From an uncultured Spirochaetota bacterium (GTDB lineage Bacteria > Spirochaetota > Spirochaetia > SZUA-6 > Fen-1364), in NCBI GenBank assembly GCA_963781885.1, contig CAWAHW010000005.1:224001-288000 (forward strand): 64,000 nucleotides of DNA. Direction: 5' to 3'. The notes under the pieces were generated by a model. The model was not told where the DNA came from. It searched no databases and saw only the letters and a program-made list of their open reading frames with translations. Below are positions 10,023 to 19,121 of the stretch, in pieces. The position numbers and the translations under genes are program-made. Each line of letters begins with the position of its first letter. The stretch's first letter is position 1.

Positions 10023-10696
10023 AGTCACCGGGAGCGCGCGACAACCCGTACAACGGGGAGCTTGCCCTGCTTATGAGCCTCACCCCTGCAATTGCCGTGG
10101 CAGTCCGGGTTATCGATGCGTTGTGGTTGGCGGCCGGTGTCGTGGCCGTTCTCTTTCTTTCCTGCGCGTGCATGTCCCTGATCGTGCGGGCAGGGATTCC
10201 CGTCATGCAGAAGGATGCTTCAACCTCGCGCGGCCGCTTTTTCTCCGCGCTCGTCGTGAGCTCGGTGCTCACGGCGTCTTTCGAAATCCTCCTGATGAAG
10301 GCTGACCCGGCGGCGAGCGCAAGTCTCGGCATCTATGCGCCTCTGATCGCCGTGAACTTCCTCGTTCTCGGCATGACGCGCAATGCGGGAACCGCGGCCT
10401 CCCCGGGAGGCGAGCTTGTCGATGCGTTGGCCAAGGGCATCGGTTTCGCGGCGTGCCTGCTTCTTATTGCGATTCTGCGGGAAGTGGTGGGTGCCGGGAC
10501 GATCACGCTTTTCCCTGTCGGCACGTTCAGAGGCGTGATCGCCGTTCCCGGGCTGATCGATGACCCCGCCCGCGCGCTGGGGCTCAGCGGTGGCGGGCTG
10601 ATCTGCCTGGGCTATCTTGCCGCCCTCAGGCGTGTTGCGCAGAAGCGGCGGGCCGCCGCTGTCGCGGTCGGGCCGACGAAGGACGGCGCCGCATGA
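10019..10696 (+). CDS. rnfE: RnfE/RsxE membrane subunit (divergent)
   Basis: SLGIYAPLIAVN, LREVVGAGTI; position between rnfD and rnfA. Confidence 0.8.
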   Translation: MKSPGARDNPYNGELALLMSLTPAIAVAVRVIDALWLAAGVVAVLFLSCACMSLIVRAGIPVMQKDASTSRGRFFSALVVSSVLTASFEILLMKADPAASASLGIYAPLIAVNFLVLGMTRNAGTAASPGGELVDALAKGIGFAACLLLIAILREVVGAGTITLFPVGTFRGVIAVPGLIDDPARALGLSGGGLICLGYLAALRRVAQKRRAAAVAVGPTKDGAA

Positions 10697-11286
10697 GCTG
10701 GATGGGCATCATCCTCACCTTCGCGCTGGTCGACAACGTGGTGCTCTCCCGGCTCCTCGGGGTTACCTCCGGAGTCTGCATGCCGATCGATATGCGGACG
10801 GCGCGCCTGGTCGGGCTTTTCACCGCGATCCTCATGGCGCTGGCCGGCTTCGCGGGCTGGGCGGCGGACAGCCTCCTCCTGCTTCCGTTTGGTTTCGTTT
10901 TCCTGCGCACGCCCGTTTTCGTGCTGCTCGTCGCCGGGCTCGCCTGCGGCCTGCATGCCCTTGCGCGAAGCGTCGCGCCCCGGCTCCTGGATGCGGCAGG
11001 CGTGTCGTTGCCCGAGATCGCCGTCAACTGCGCGACGATCGGCGTCGTCCTGATCAGCACGCGGGTGGGCTTCAGCGCGGCGCAGAGCGTCGTGGTCGGA
11101 CTCTCCGCGGGCCTGGGCTACTTCATCGTGACGGCGCTGATGACGGCGATCCGGGAGCGGCTTGAGGTCGAGCAGACGCCGGAAGCGCTGCGGGGCTTTC
11201 CCCTCCACCTGATCTCCGCGGGGTTGCTCGCCTTTGCGTTCATGGCATTCGATCGCGCGTTCCTCTTGCGTCTCCTGGGCGGCTGA
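10693..11286 (+). CDS. rnfA: RnfA/RsxA membrane subunit
   Basis: LVDNVVLSRLLG, IAVNCATIG, AIRERL, PEALRGFPLHLISAGLLAFAF. Confidence 0.85.
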   Translation: MSWMGIILTFALVDNVVLSRLLGVTSGVCMPIDMRTARLVGLFTAILMALAGFAGWAADSLLLLPFGFVFLRTPVFVLLVAGLACGLHALARSVAPRLLDAAGVSLPEIAVNCATIGVVLISTRVGFSAAQSVVVGLSAGLGYFIVTALMTAIRERLEVEQTPEALRGFPLHLISAGLLAFAFMAFDRAFLLRLLGG

Positions 11287-11296
11287 AGGAGTGTGA

Positions 11297-13318
11297 ATGG
11301 GGCGGACGGGAATCATCGTCGGCACGCACAACCATCTTCCCCTGGGACGCAGCGAGGCGTCCGCCGAGCGGCTCTACCAGGAGGCCCTGAAGCCGCTCCT
11401 CGCCGTGCTCTACCGCTGCCCGGCGTTTCCCATGACGCTCCACTACAGCGGGATCCTGATGGAATGGCTGGAAGAGGCGCATCCCGAGTTCCTTGCGCTC
11501 CTGGGTGAAATGGTGGGCCGCGGCCAGATCGAGGTACTTGGCGGCGGCTACTACGACCCGATCCTGCCGATGCTCCCGATGAACGACAAGCTCGGACAGC
11601 TGGAGAAGATGACCACGTGGCTGCGCGTGCACTTCGAGACGCGGCCCCGCGGGTGCTGGATCGCGGAGAAGGTATGGGAGCCGGCGCTCGCGTCCGTGCT
11701 CCGCGCGAGCGGCATCGACTACACGTTCGTCGACGACGGGCAGTTTGCCCTGGCAGGAGCCGCGGAGGGATCCCTGTGGGAGCCGGCGATCATGGAGGAC
11801 CAGGGGAAGATCATCTCGCTCCTCCCCGTCGCGGACAGGCTGTCGCGGCTTGCCACCACCTCGTCGCCCGGGGAGGTCATCGAGCGCCTGCGGCACCTGC
11901 CCTCGACGTCGGGGAAACCCGGCGGTGGGGGGCATCCCCTTGCCGTCATCATGGACGACGGCGCGACGGCGGTTTCGACCTTGCTGCGCGACGGCTGGCT
12001 GGAGGAGCTCGTCCGCTGCGTCGCGGAGAACGCCGACTGGCTGGAACCGGTGACGGCGGGGCAATACCTCAAGGATCATCCGCCGACGCATCGTCTCTAC
12101 GTTCCCGCGAGCGCTTCGGCGAGCATCATGAGCTGGAGCCTCGCTCCCGGCCGGAGGGAGGCGTACGAGCGTCTGCGCGGCCAGGCGGACGCCGGGGAGG
12201 AGCAGTTCCTCGTCGGCGGGAATTTCCGCAACTTCCTGGAGCGCTACCCCGAGGCATGGCTCCTCTACGCGAAGATGATGAACACGCACGTCATGGTGAG
12301 CCAGGTGCGGGGCGACAAGTACAAGAAGAAGGCCGCGCAGAACGAGCTGTGGAAGGGGCAGTGCCACTACGCGTACTGGCACGGTGTGACCGGCGGCATC
12401 TATGAGAACGAATTGCGCAAGGCGACGTATAGGTCCCTCATCGAGGCGGAAAAGATCACGCGCGCCACGGAGATATTCGCTCCGTCGATCATCGGCGTCG
12501 ATTTCGACATGGACGGCAGCATCGAATACCTCTACCAGGGCTCGGAGCTGAACGCGTACATCCACACCGAGGGTGGGGCGCTTTTCGAGCTGGACTTTCT
12601 CCCCGCCTCCTGGAATTACCTGGACACAATGGTCGATCGTGATCCCCTGCCCGGGAACGGTGCGGAGGAAAACGCCGGATCGTCCGCGCCCTATACGCGC
12701 AAGGCTTTCATCGACCATTTCTGCACATCGGACTGCTCGATCGCGGACTTCGAGGCGGGTCGCCACCGCGAGGCGGGGGACTTCACGCGCGGGCTGTACG
12801 ACCTCGTGGAGCTCAACCGCGCGCTTCCCGAGCTCCTGATGCGCCGTGACGGCTCCGTGCTCGTCGACGGCGTGCCGCGGCCCGTCCGCATCGAGAAGCG
12901 CTTCGTGTTCCGTCCCCGGTCGATCGACGTGTACTACCGCGTCACGAATCTTGCCGAGAGCGACCTGGCGACGACATTCGGCGTGGAGATCAATCTCTCC
13001 CTTGCCGCGCGCGGGCCCGAGCATGGAAGGCTTTTCCAGATCGAGGAGAACAGGAAGATGGAGTTCGGCTCCGATGCCTCGGAGATCGACGGCGTGGGCG
13101 CCCTGCTCGTGCGGGACGTGCGCAACGAGGTCTCCGTCACGCTCTCATCGGCAAAATCCTTCCGCTCGTGGAGCGTGCCCGTGCAGACCGCGTCGCGCGC
13201 GGGCCAGAGCGAGTTCCAGTCGCACTGCTTCGTGCCGCTCTGGGCGCTGGCGCTCCACGCGGGGGAGTCCTGGGAGAACCACATGTCCGTGGGCTTCGAG
13301 AAATCCCAGAGCGCCTAG
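11297..13318 (+). CDS. GH57 alpha-amylase / 4-alpha-glucanotransferase
   Basis: HNHLP, GGGYYDPIL, GCWIAEKVWEP, NFRNFLERYPE, GQCHYAYWHG. Confidence 0.9.
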   Translation: MGRTGIIVGTHNHLPLGRSEASAERLYQEALKPLLAVLYRCPAFPMTLHYSGILMEWLEEAHPEFLALLGEMVGRGQIEVLGGGYYDPILPMLPMNDKLGQLEKMTTWLRVHFETRPRGCWIAEKVWEPALASVLRASGIDYTFVDDGQFALAGAAEGSLWEPAIMEDQGKIISLLPVADRLSRLATTSSPGEVIERLRHLPSTSGKPGGGGHPLAVIMDDGATAVSTLLRDGWLEELVRCVAENADWLEPVTAGQYLKDHPPTHRLYVPASASASIMSWSLAPGRREAYERLRGQADAGEEQFLVGGNFRNFLERYPEAWLLYAKMMNTHVMVSQVRGDKYKKKAAQNELWKGQCHYAYWHGVTGGIYENELRKATYRSLIEAEKITRATEIFAPSIIGVDFDMDGSIEYLYQGSELNAYIHTEGGALFELDFLPASWNYLDTMVDRDPLPGNGAEENAGSSAPYTRKAFIDHFCTSDCSIADFEAGRHREAGDFTRGLYDLVELNRALPELLMRRDGSVLVDGVPRPVRIEKRFVFRPRSIDVYYRVTNLAESDLATTFGVEINLSLAARGPEHGRLFQIEENRKMEFGSDASEIDGVGALLVRDVRNEVSVTLSSAKSFRSWSVPVQTASRAGQSEFQSHCFVPLWALALHAGESWENHMSVGFEKSQSA

Positions 13319-14625
13319 AGGTCGATCCTCTCCAGCTTCTGGAAACAGGCGTCGATCCACGCCGCGCTTTCCTGGTAGAAGGAGTCCTGCGCGGAGAGGA
13401 ACTCCAGGAGGGCATCGCGATCGCGCCCCTCGATGAAGTAGACCTGACCGAGATAGAATCGCGCGCGGGCCTCGACATCCGGGGAACGCGGCAGGCTCAG
13501 GAAATCGTCGAGCTTTTTCTGCGCGCCCGGCATGTCGCCGCCGAGGAAGGGACCCTGCACGATCTCCTGGAGACGCGCAATCTCCCCGTTCGGGCTCGGT
13601 GTCAGATCGGAGCGCAGCACCTGCGGCGCGGGTTGGAACGCCGCGGCCGGCGGGAGTTGCGACAGGAGCCGGCCGATCGCTCTTTCGGTGTCCGGCGCAA
13701 CCTTCCGTTCGGCGGGCAGGTCGGGGACGTCCGCGGCGGGCAGGGCGGCTCCGGATTCCACCCCGAAGCTCAAGGCGAGGGAAGGAAGCGGGAGGGCTCG
13801 ACGCTCGGCAACCGGCGCCCGCAGGGAGATGTTCCCCGATCCGACGGGAAGCTGGACCGGCTGCGCGGTGACATTGTCGCCTTTGACGAGCGGAGTCTGG
13901 CCGATCTTGTACAAGCCGCTATCGAGCACGGCGAACCAGTAATCCACCCCGGGGAGCGCGGCAAGAACATAGCGCGTTGTACCGGCCTTCAAGGCCGCCG
14001 TGGAGGTGGTCTTCAGGAGGTCTTCGGGAACCGTGAGGGGCGCGGTGCCCCAGAAGAGGAGAAGGTCGCGGCCGGGATTCGACGTTGAAAATGAAACGGC
14101 GATTCCGTCCCCACCGGTCGTGGGGGCTGCCCGGATGCCCGTGATTGCCGCCGCCAGCTTCTCCTCGGGAGCGGAGGAAGTCGGTGCAATGGGAGCGCTC
14201 GTCTTGTTGCGGAACGGGATGATGAGCGGATAGACCGTGCCGTCGGAATCCTCGAACAGCACGGCGTAGAAGTACCCGTTCCTGTCGGGAGGCGTATCGA
14301 TGTAATACTGCGTTCCCGACGCGGCCTTGCCCACGAGCTGCGCCGTCCCGATGTTTTGCGTCGTGATCTCCACGGACGAGCGGTAGACAAGGCATGTGCC
14401 CTTGGCCCCTGGCGGGTCGACCCACGAAAGCTTCACCTGGTAGTCCACCGGCTCGGCGCTCAGCCGGGAGACGAACAGGGTGCTGGTCGCATCCCCCGCG
14501 GGAGCGGACGCCTGCTGGGCCCCAAGGGGCGCGCCCAGGAGCAGCGCGATGCACAGCAGCGCGAAGCGGCGCCGCGCCGCCGGGCGGTCGAGCGATGCAC
14601 ATGCAAGGTCCGGGCGCTTCGGCAT
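13315..14625 (-). CDS. Hypothetical exported protein (beta-rich N-terminus, C-terminal TPR-like helices)
   Basis: Signal peptide, ARFYLGQVYF TPR-like tail, GGAG RBS. Confidence 0.7.
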   Translation of the reverse strand: MPKRPDLACASLDRPAARRRFALLCIALLLGAPLGAQQASAPAGDATSTLFVSRLSAEPVDYQVKLSWVDPPGAKGTCLVYRSSVEITTQNIGTAQLVGKAASGTQYYIDTPPDRNGYFYAVLFEDSDGTVYPLIIPFRNKTSAPIAPTSSAPEEKLAAAITGIRAAPTTGGDGIAVSFSTSNPGRDLLLFWGTAPLTVPEDLLKTTSTAALKAGTTRYVLAALPGVDYWFAVLDSGLYKIGQTPLVKGDNVTAQPVQLPVGSGNISLRAPVAERRALPLPSLALSFGVESGAALPAADVPDLPAERKVAPDTERAIGRLLSQLPPAAAFQPAPQVLRSDLTPSPNGEIARLQEIVQGPFLGGDMPGAQKKLDDFLSLPRSPDVEARARFYLGQVYFIEGRDRDALLEFLSAQDSFYQESAAWIDACFQKLERIDL

Positions 14626-14670
14626 TCGATTCTCCTTCCCTCCATTGTTGTCGGCTTTTCAGGGTGTTGT

Positions 14671-14910
14671 CCATAGCCATGGATGGCGAGGGCCGACGAG
14701 TCCAGGGACGGACGAGAGGAGGCCCATAGCCATGGATGGCGAGGGCCGACGAGTCCAGGGACGGACGAGAGGAGGCCCATAGCGTAGCGCGGTACGCCGC
14801 GCGAAGGGCGGCAGCCCCGCTTGCGCGGCGAGAGCCGCATGGATGGCGAGGGCCGACGAGTCCAGGGACGGACGAGAGGAGGCCCATAGCGTAGCGCGGT
14901 ACACCGCGCG
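14671..14910 (+). repeat. Three identical 53-bp units (14678-14730, 14731-14783, 14838-14890); units 2 and 3 are each followed by a near-identical 20-bp hairpin tail
   Basis: Unit CATGGATGGCGAGGGCCGACGAGTCCAGGGACGGACGAGAGGAGGCCCATAGC read three times; tail GTAGCGCGGTAC(G/A)CCGCGCG at 14784-14803 and 14891-14910. Confidence 0.95.
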
Positions 14911-14967
14911 TGAGGCGCTCTCCGCTTTACAGGCCTGTGCCGCGCCATTGCCGTACTATTGGCCATC

Positions 14968-15240
14968 ATGTTTGTCGCCGTGGCCTGCGATTTTGCAAAT
15001 GACGATCACCGCAAGGCAGGCTATGACCTGATGGTGCAATATGGTTTCCGCAAGGTCCTGAAGGACGCTTTCGAGAGCGCGACACTCTCCGAGACGGCGC
15101 TCAACCGTCTCAAGAAGGACCTTGACCGGATCGCCGATTCGGACGACAGCATCCGCCTCTACCAGTTTCCCGTCGATGGCACACTCGCCATCACGATATT
15201 GAAGGACAAGAAGTGGCGGCGGCTGATCGTGAAGGCGTAG
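14968..15240 (+). CDS. cas2: Stand-alone Cas2-like (VapD/Cas2 fold) protein
   Basis: 90 aa; beta1 ends in Asp (MFVAVACD); YGFRKVLKDAFE matches the Cas2 YGxRVQxSVFE pattern; DSIRLYQF matches DSIRIY; no other cas genes in the window. Confidence 0.7.
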   Translation: MFVAVACDFANDDHRKAGYDLMVQYGFRKVLKDAFESATLSETALNRLKKDLDRIADSDDSIRLYQFPVDGTLAITILKDKKWRRLIVKA

Positions 15241-15255
15241 AAGGCGGGAGGGGAT

Positions 15256-16387
15256 ATGGTGCTCAGCGAGCTGGAACAGAAACTGCAGGCCCTCGGGGCG
15301 CAGATCGAAGAAACCTGGAGGGGTCTTTGACCCTGCGGCGCTCGAGCGGGAGATCGGCGAGATCGAGAACAAGACAGCGCAGCCCGATTTCTGGCAGGAC
15401 AAGGAAAAGGCCGGCGAGGTTCTGTCGCGTCTGAAGGCGCTGAAGCGCCGCTACGACCCGTGGGCGAAGCTTCGTACGGATTTCGACGACCTTTCCGGGA
15501 TCTGGCGCCTGGCCGTCGAGGAAAAGGACGAGTCGCTGGAAGCGGACCTGCGCGCGTCGTGGGAGGGGCTTTCAAGGCGCTACGGCGAGCTCAAGGTGCT
15601 GGAGCTGCTCGGCGGCGAAAACGATCCCTCCTCGGCGTTCCTCACCATCCACTCGGGAGCGGGCGGCACGGAGGCGTGCGACTGGGTGAGCATGCTCTAT
15701 CGCCTCTATACGCGCTGGTCGGAACGGCACGGGTACACGGTGGAAATACTGGACATCCTGGAGGCGGAAGGCGGCATCAAGAGCGTGACCGCGCAGGTGA
15801 ACGGGGCCTACGCCTATGGGTACCTCAAGGCGGAGACCGGCATCCATCGGCTCGTGCGCATCTCGCCGTTCGATTCCAATGCGCGGCGCCACACTTCCTT
15901 CGCTTCCGTCTTCTGCTTCCCGGTGCTGGACGACACGATCGACGTCGACATCAAGCCTGAAGACATCCGCATCGACACCTATCGCGCCGGCGGGGCCGGC
16001 GGTCAGCACGTCAACAAGACGGACTCGGCCGTGCGCATCACCCACCTGCCGACGGGCATCGTCGTGCAGTGCCAGAACGAGCGCAGCCAGTACAAAAACA
16101 AGGCCTTCGCGATGAAGGTCCTCCGCTCGCGTCTGTACGAATACTACAAGAACGAGCGCGACAAGGACCGGGAGAAGATTGAGCAGGAGAAGAAGGACAT
16201 CTCCTGGGGCAACCAGATCCGCTCCTACACCTTCCAGCCGTACACGCTCGTGAAGGATCACCGCACGAAGTTCGAGGCGGGCAACATCCAGGCGGTGATG
16301 GACGGCGAGATCGACTCCTTCATCGAGGAATATCTCAAGATGCTTTGGCGGGGAAAGAACGATGGCGGTCAACGTTCTGATAGTTGA
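15256..16387 (+). CDS. prfB: Peptide chain release factor 2 with programmed +1 frameshift
   Basis: MVLSELE...WRGL, then CTT-TGA-C at 15325-15331; SPF and GGQ motifs downstream. Confidence 0.95.
15317..15331 (+). promoter_or_regulatory. prfB autoregulatory frameshift cassette (internal SD + CTT TGA C)
   Basis: GGAGGGGT CTT TGA C. Confidence 0.9.
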
Positions 16388-16730
16388 CGACCTCGCCTTC
16401 ATCAAGATCGTCCTGCGCGACATCATCGAGAAGTCGGGTTTCCGTGTCGTCGGCGAGGCGTCCAATGGCGAGCAGGCCATCGCGATGTACCAGGACACCC
16501 GGCCCGACGTCGTGCTCATGGATATCACCATGCCTGGCATGGACGGCCTCACCGCCCTGGAGAAGATCCGTGCGATCGACCCCGCCGCGCGGGTGATCAT
16601 CTGCTCCGCCCTCGGTCAGCAGCGTCTCATCGTGCAGGCGATACAGCTCGGGGCAAAGGATTTCATCGTGAAGCCCTTTCAACCCGCCCGGGTCGTGGGC
16701 GCGCTCAAGAAAGCGCTCGACATCACGTGA
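16362..16730 (+). CDS. cheY: CheY-like single-domain response regulator
   Basis: LIVDD, MDITMP, CSALGQ, FIVKPF. Confidence 0.85.
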   Translation: MAVNVLIVDDLAFIKIVLRDIIEKSGFRVVGEASNGEQAIAMYQDTRPDVVLMDITMPGMDGLTALEKIRAIDPAARVIICSALGQQRLIVQAIQLGAKDFIVKPFQPARVVGALKKALDIT

Positions 16731-18233
16731 TGAGAAAGGCGGCCGCGCTTCTCCTCCTTGCCCTCTCCGTCGTTCCCGCCTTCCCGCAGACGACGGGGCA
16801 GACCGCGAGCACGCAGCCGGCGACGGGCGACACCAGCAAGAGCAGCACGCAAGGGGCACCGGCCGGCGCGACGCAGAATGCGCCGGCGGCACCGACCGGG
16901 CCGGACCTCAGCATTCCGAAGGACGGCGACGCGTCGTGGACGATCGGCTTCAGCGCATTCTCCGCCGAGGGCCTGTCCACGGAAAATGAGTATCTCGCCT
17001 ACAGTCTTCCCCTCCTCCTGATGGACGCCGCGAGCGGTCTCACGACGCACACGCTTTCCGACGAGGAAAAGGGGCTCGTCGCGCGCGCCGTCATCGACCG
17101 GGAGCTCGCCACCGCCGATGCCGCCATCACCAGCGCGCGCCACGACCGCAGCGCATTGGTCTTCGGCGATGCGCCCCCCACGGACGCTGCCCGCGCGGCG
17201 GCTGACGCGAAAATCACCTTCGCCGAGGCGCGGCGCACGTTTCTCGAGGCGCTCGATCTTTCCAAGATTGCGGTCGCCGATACGAAACCGATCGCCGTCA
17301 AGAAAGGAACGGGCGCGGGCATGCTCCTGGACACGCCCCTCGTGCCGCCCGCCGTCTACTGCGCGCGCCAGGGCATCGCCATGCTGGTCGGGGGATCCAT
17401 ACGCGAGGGGCAGGGTTATCTCCTCCTTGATGTCTGGGCCTTCGACGCGGCGCGCGGCAAGACGGTCTTCACGTCGCGCAACGCGGCGCAGCGGGACGAG
17501 CTGTATACGTCGGTTGCATCGATGGGAAGGGACCTCGCGGCGGACATCCTCGGCACGCCGTGGGCGCTCGTGGTCTTTTCCCCGAGCCCGCAGCAGGCGA
17601 GCCTCTCCGTCGATGGGAAGCTGGCGGTCACCGGAGGCTCGCCGGCTCTGTACCTGTCTCCGGGGCCTCACGAGCTTCGCATCGCAGCGCCCGGTTACGA
17701 CGAGGTCGTCCGTTCGGTCACGCTGGAGCAGGGGACCGAGACGCGGATTGATGATGCGCTCGTGCGCTCCTCCCCGGGAGCCGTCACCGTCTCGACGGAC
17801 CCTGAAGGGGCCGATCTCTACCTCGACTCGGTTCTGGAAAGGAAAGACACCCGTATCGGTCGACGTTCCGTCTCTCCGGACACGGGGGCTGCTGTCGTTG
17901 GACGGCTACTATGACAAGTCCTTTTCGTTTTCGACGGGTCCTGCCACCGCATATTCCTTTTCCCTGGAGAAGGACATTGGGTCCCGGGATGTCCAGCAAA
18001 AACAGGCGCGTGACGAGTTCTACAACTCGTTCGGATGGTTCGCTCTCTCCATTCCGATTCCCCTGTTCTCGATCGCCCTGGAGAACAATTATGCAAACGT
18101 TGGGCTCGCCACGCCGACGTACATACTCACCGGCACCTATTACGCGGGCGTCGCGTTGAGCGCGGCGCTTTTCACCTGGATGGTGTTCCGCATCATTCAC
18201 TACGTCACCGTGTCCAACGGGACAGCGGGCTGA
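16727..18233 (+). CDS. PEGA domain-containing exported protein (frameshift near 17831)
   Basis: Signal peptide, PEGA repeats (PGPHELRIAAPGY; STDPEGADLYLD..GKTPV); continues in ORF ending 18233. Confidence 0.75.
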
Positions 18234-18242
18234 GGGGGGAGA

Positions 18243-19121
18243 ATGGCCTGGAAAGGCATCGGCCGGAGACTTCGCGAGATTTTTCAGTCCCGGGACTTCG
18301 ATGAGGGATTCTACCAGGAGCTGGAGGATGCGATGATCGAGGCCGACATGGGAGTCCGCGTCGCTTCGGAAGCGTCCTCCTACCTTCGCCAGGCCGCCCG
18401 CGACGAGCACCTGGGGACGCGAGAGGACATCCTGTCGACTTTGAAGGGATGGCTTGCGGACTTTCTTCGCGCCGGTGAGATCCCGCTCGCCGCGGACTCG
18501 CTCACGGTGCTGCTCGTTCTCGGCGTCAACGGGGTGGGAAAGACCACGACCATTGCAAAGCTCGCCCACCACTTTCGCGCGCACCGGGGCGTGAACGACA
18601 TCGTCCTTGTCGCGGGGGACACTTTCCGGGCAGCGGCCATCGACCAGCTCAAGGTCCTTGGCGGGAGGCTCGGGCTCCCCGTGGTGGCGCAGGAGCCCGG
18701 CGCGGACCCCGGCGCGGTGATATACGATGGCATCTCCTTCGCGGCGGCGCGCGACGCGCGGCTGGTCATCGCCGACACCGCGGGCCGTCTGCACAACAAG
18801 GATGCCCTGGTCAAGGAGCTCGCCAAGGTGGACAAGATCGTGCGTGCCCGGGTGCCGCAGGCGGCGTATCGAAAGGTGCTCGTCCTGGACGCGACGACGG
18901 GTCAGAACTCGCTCGCGCAGGCGGAGGTGTTCCACGCGGCCGTCGGGGTCGATTCGATCGTGCTGTCGAAGTGCGACTCGACCGCAAAAGGCGGCATGGT
19001 CGTTCCCATCTGCCGCCAGCTTTCGATTCCCTTCTCCTATCTCGGCCTGGGTGAAAAGCTCGACGATCTGGAAGTGTTCGAGCCTCTTGCGTACCTCGAT
19101 TCGCTCTTCGGAGAGACATGA
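18243..19121 (+). CDS. ftsY: SRP receptor FtsY
   Basis: GVNGVGKTTTIAKLA, DTFRAAA, DTAGR, DATTGQN, AKGG. Confidence 0.95.
   Translation: MAWKGIGRRLREIFQSRDFDEGFYQELEDAMIEADMGVRVASEASSYLRQAARDEHLGTREDILSTLKGWLADFLRAGEIPLAADSLTVLLVLGVNGVGKTTTIAKLAHHFRAHRGVNDIVLVAGDTFRAAAIDQLKVLGGRLGLPVVAQEPGADPGAVIYDGISFAAARDARLVIADTAGRLHNKDALVKELAKVDKIVRARVPQAAYRKVLVLDATTGQNSLAQAEVFHAAVGVDSIVLSKCDSTAKGGMVVPICRQLSIPFSYLGLGEKLDDLEVFEPLAYLDSLFGET

Noticed and set aside
11240-13024. Long antisense/alternate-frame ORFs (also 37720..39789, 51613..53289 and many others)
   Set aside because: Shadow ORFs expected at high GC opposite well-supported genes; no motifs
14678-14910. Canonical CRISPR array next to cas2
   Set aside because: Units are 53-73 bp, units 1 and 2 have no spacer, the single unique segment is itself made of hairpins, and there is no cas1 or AT-rich leader
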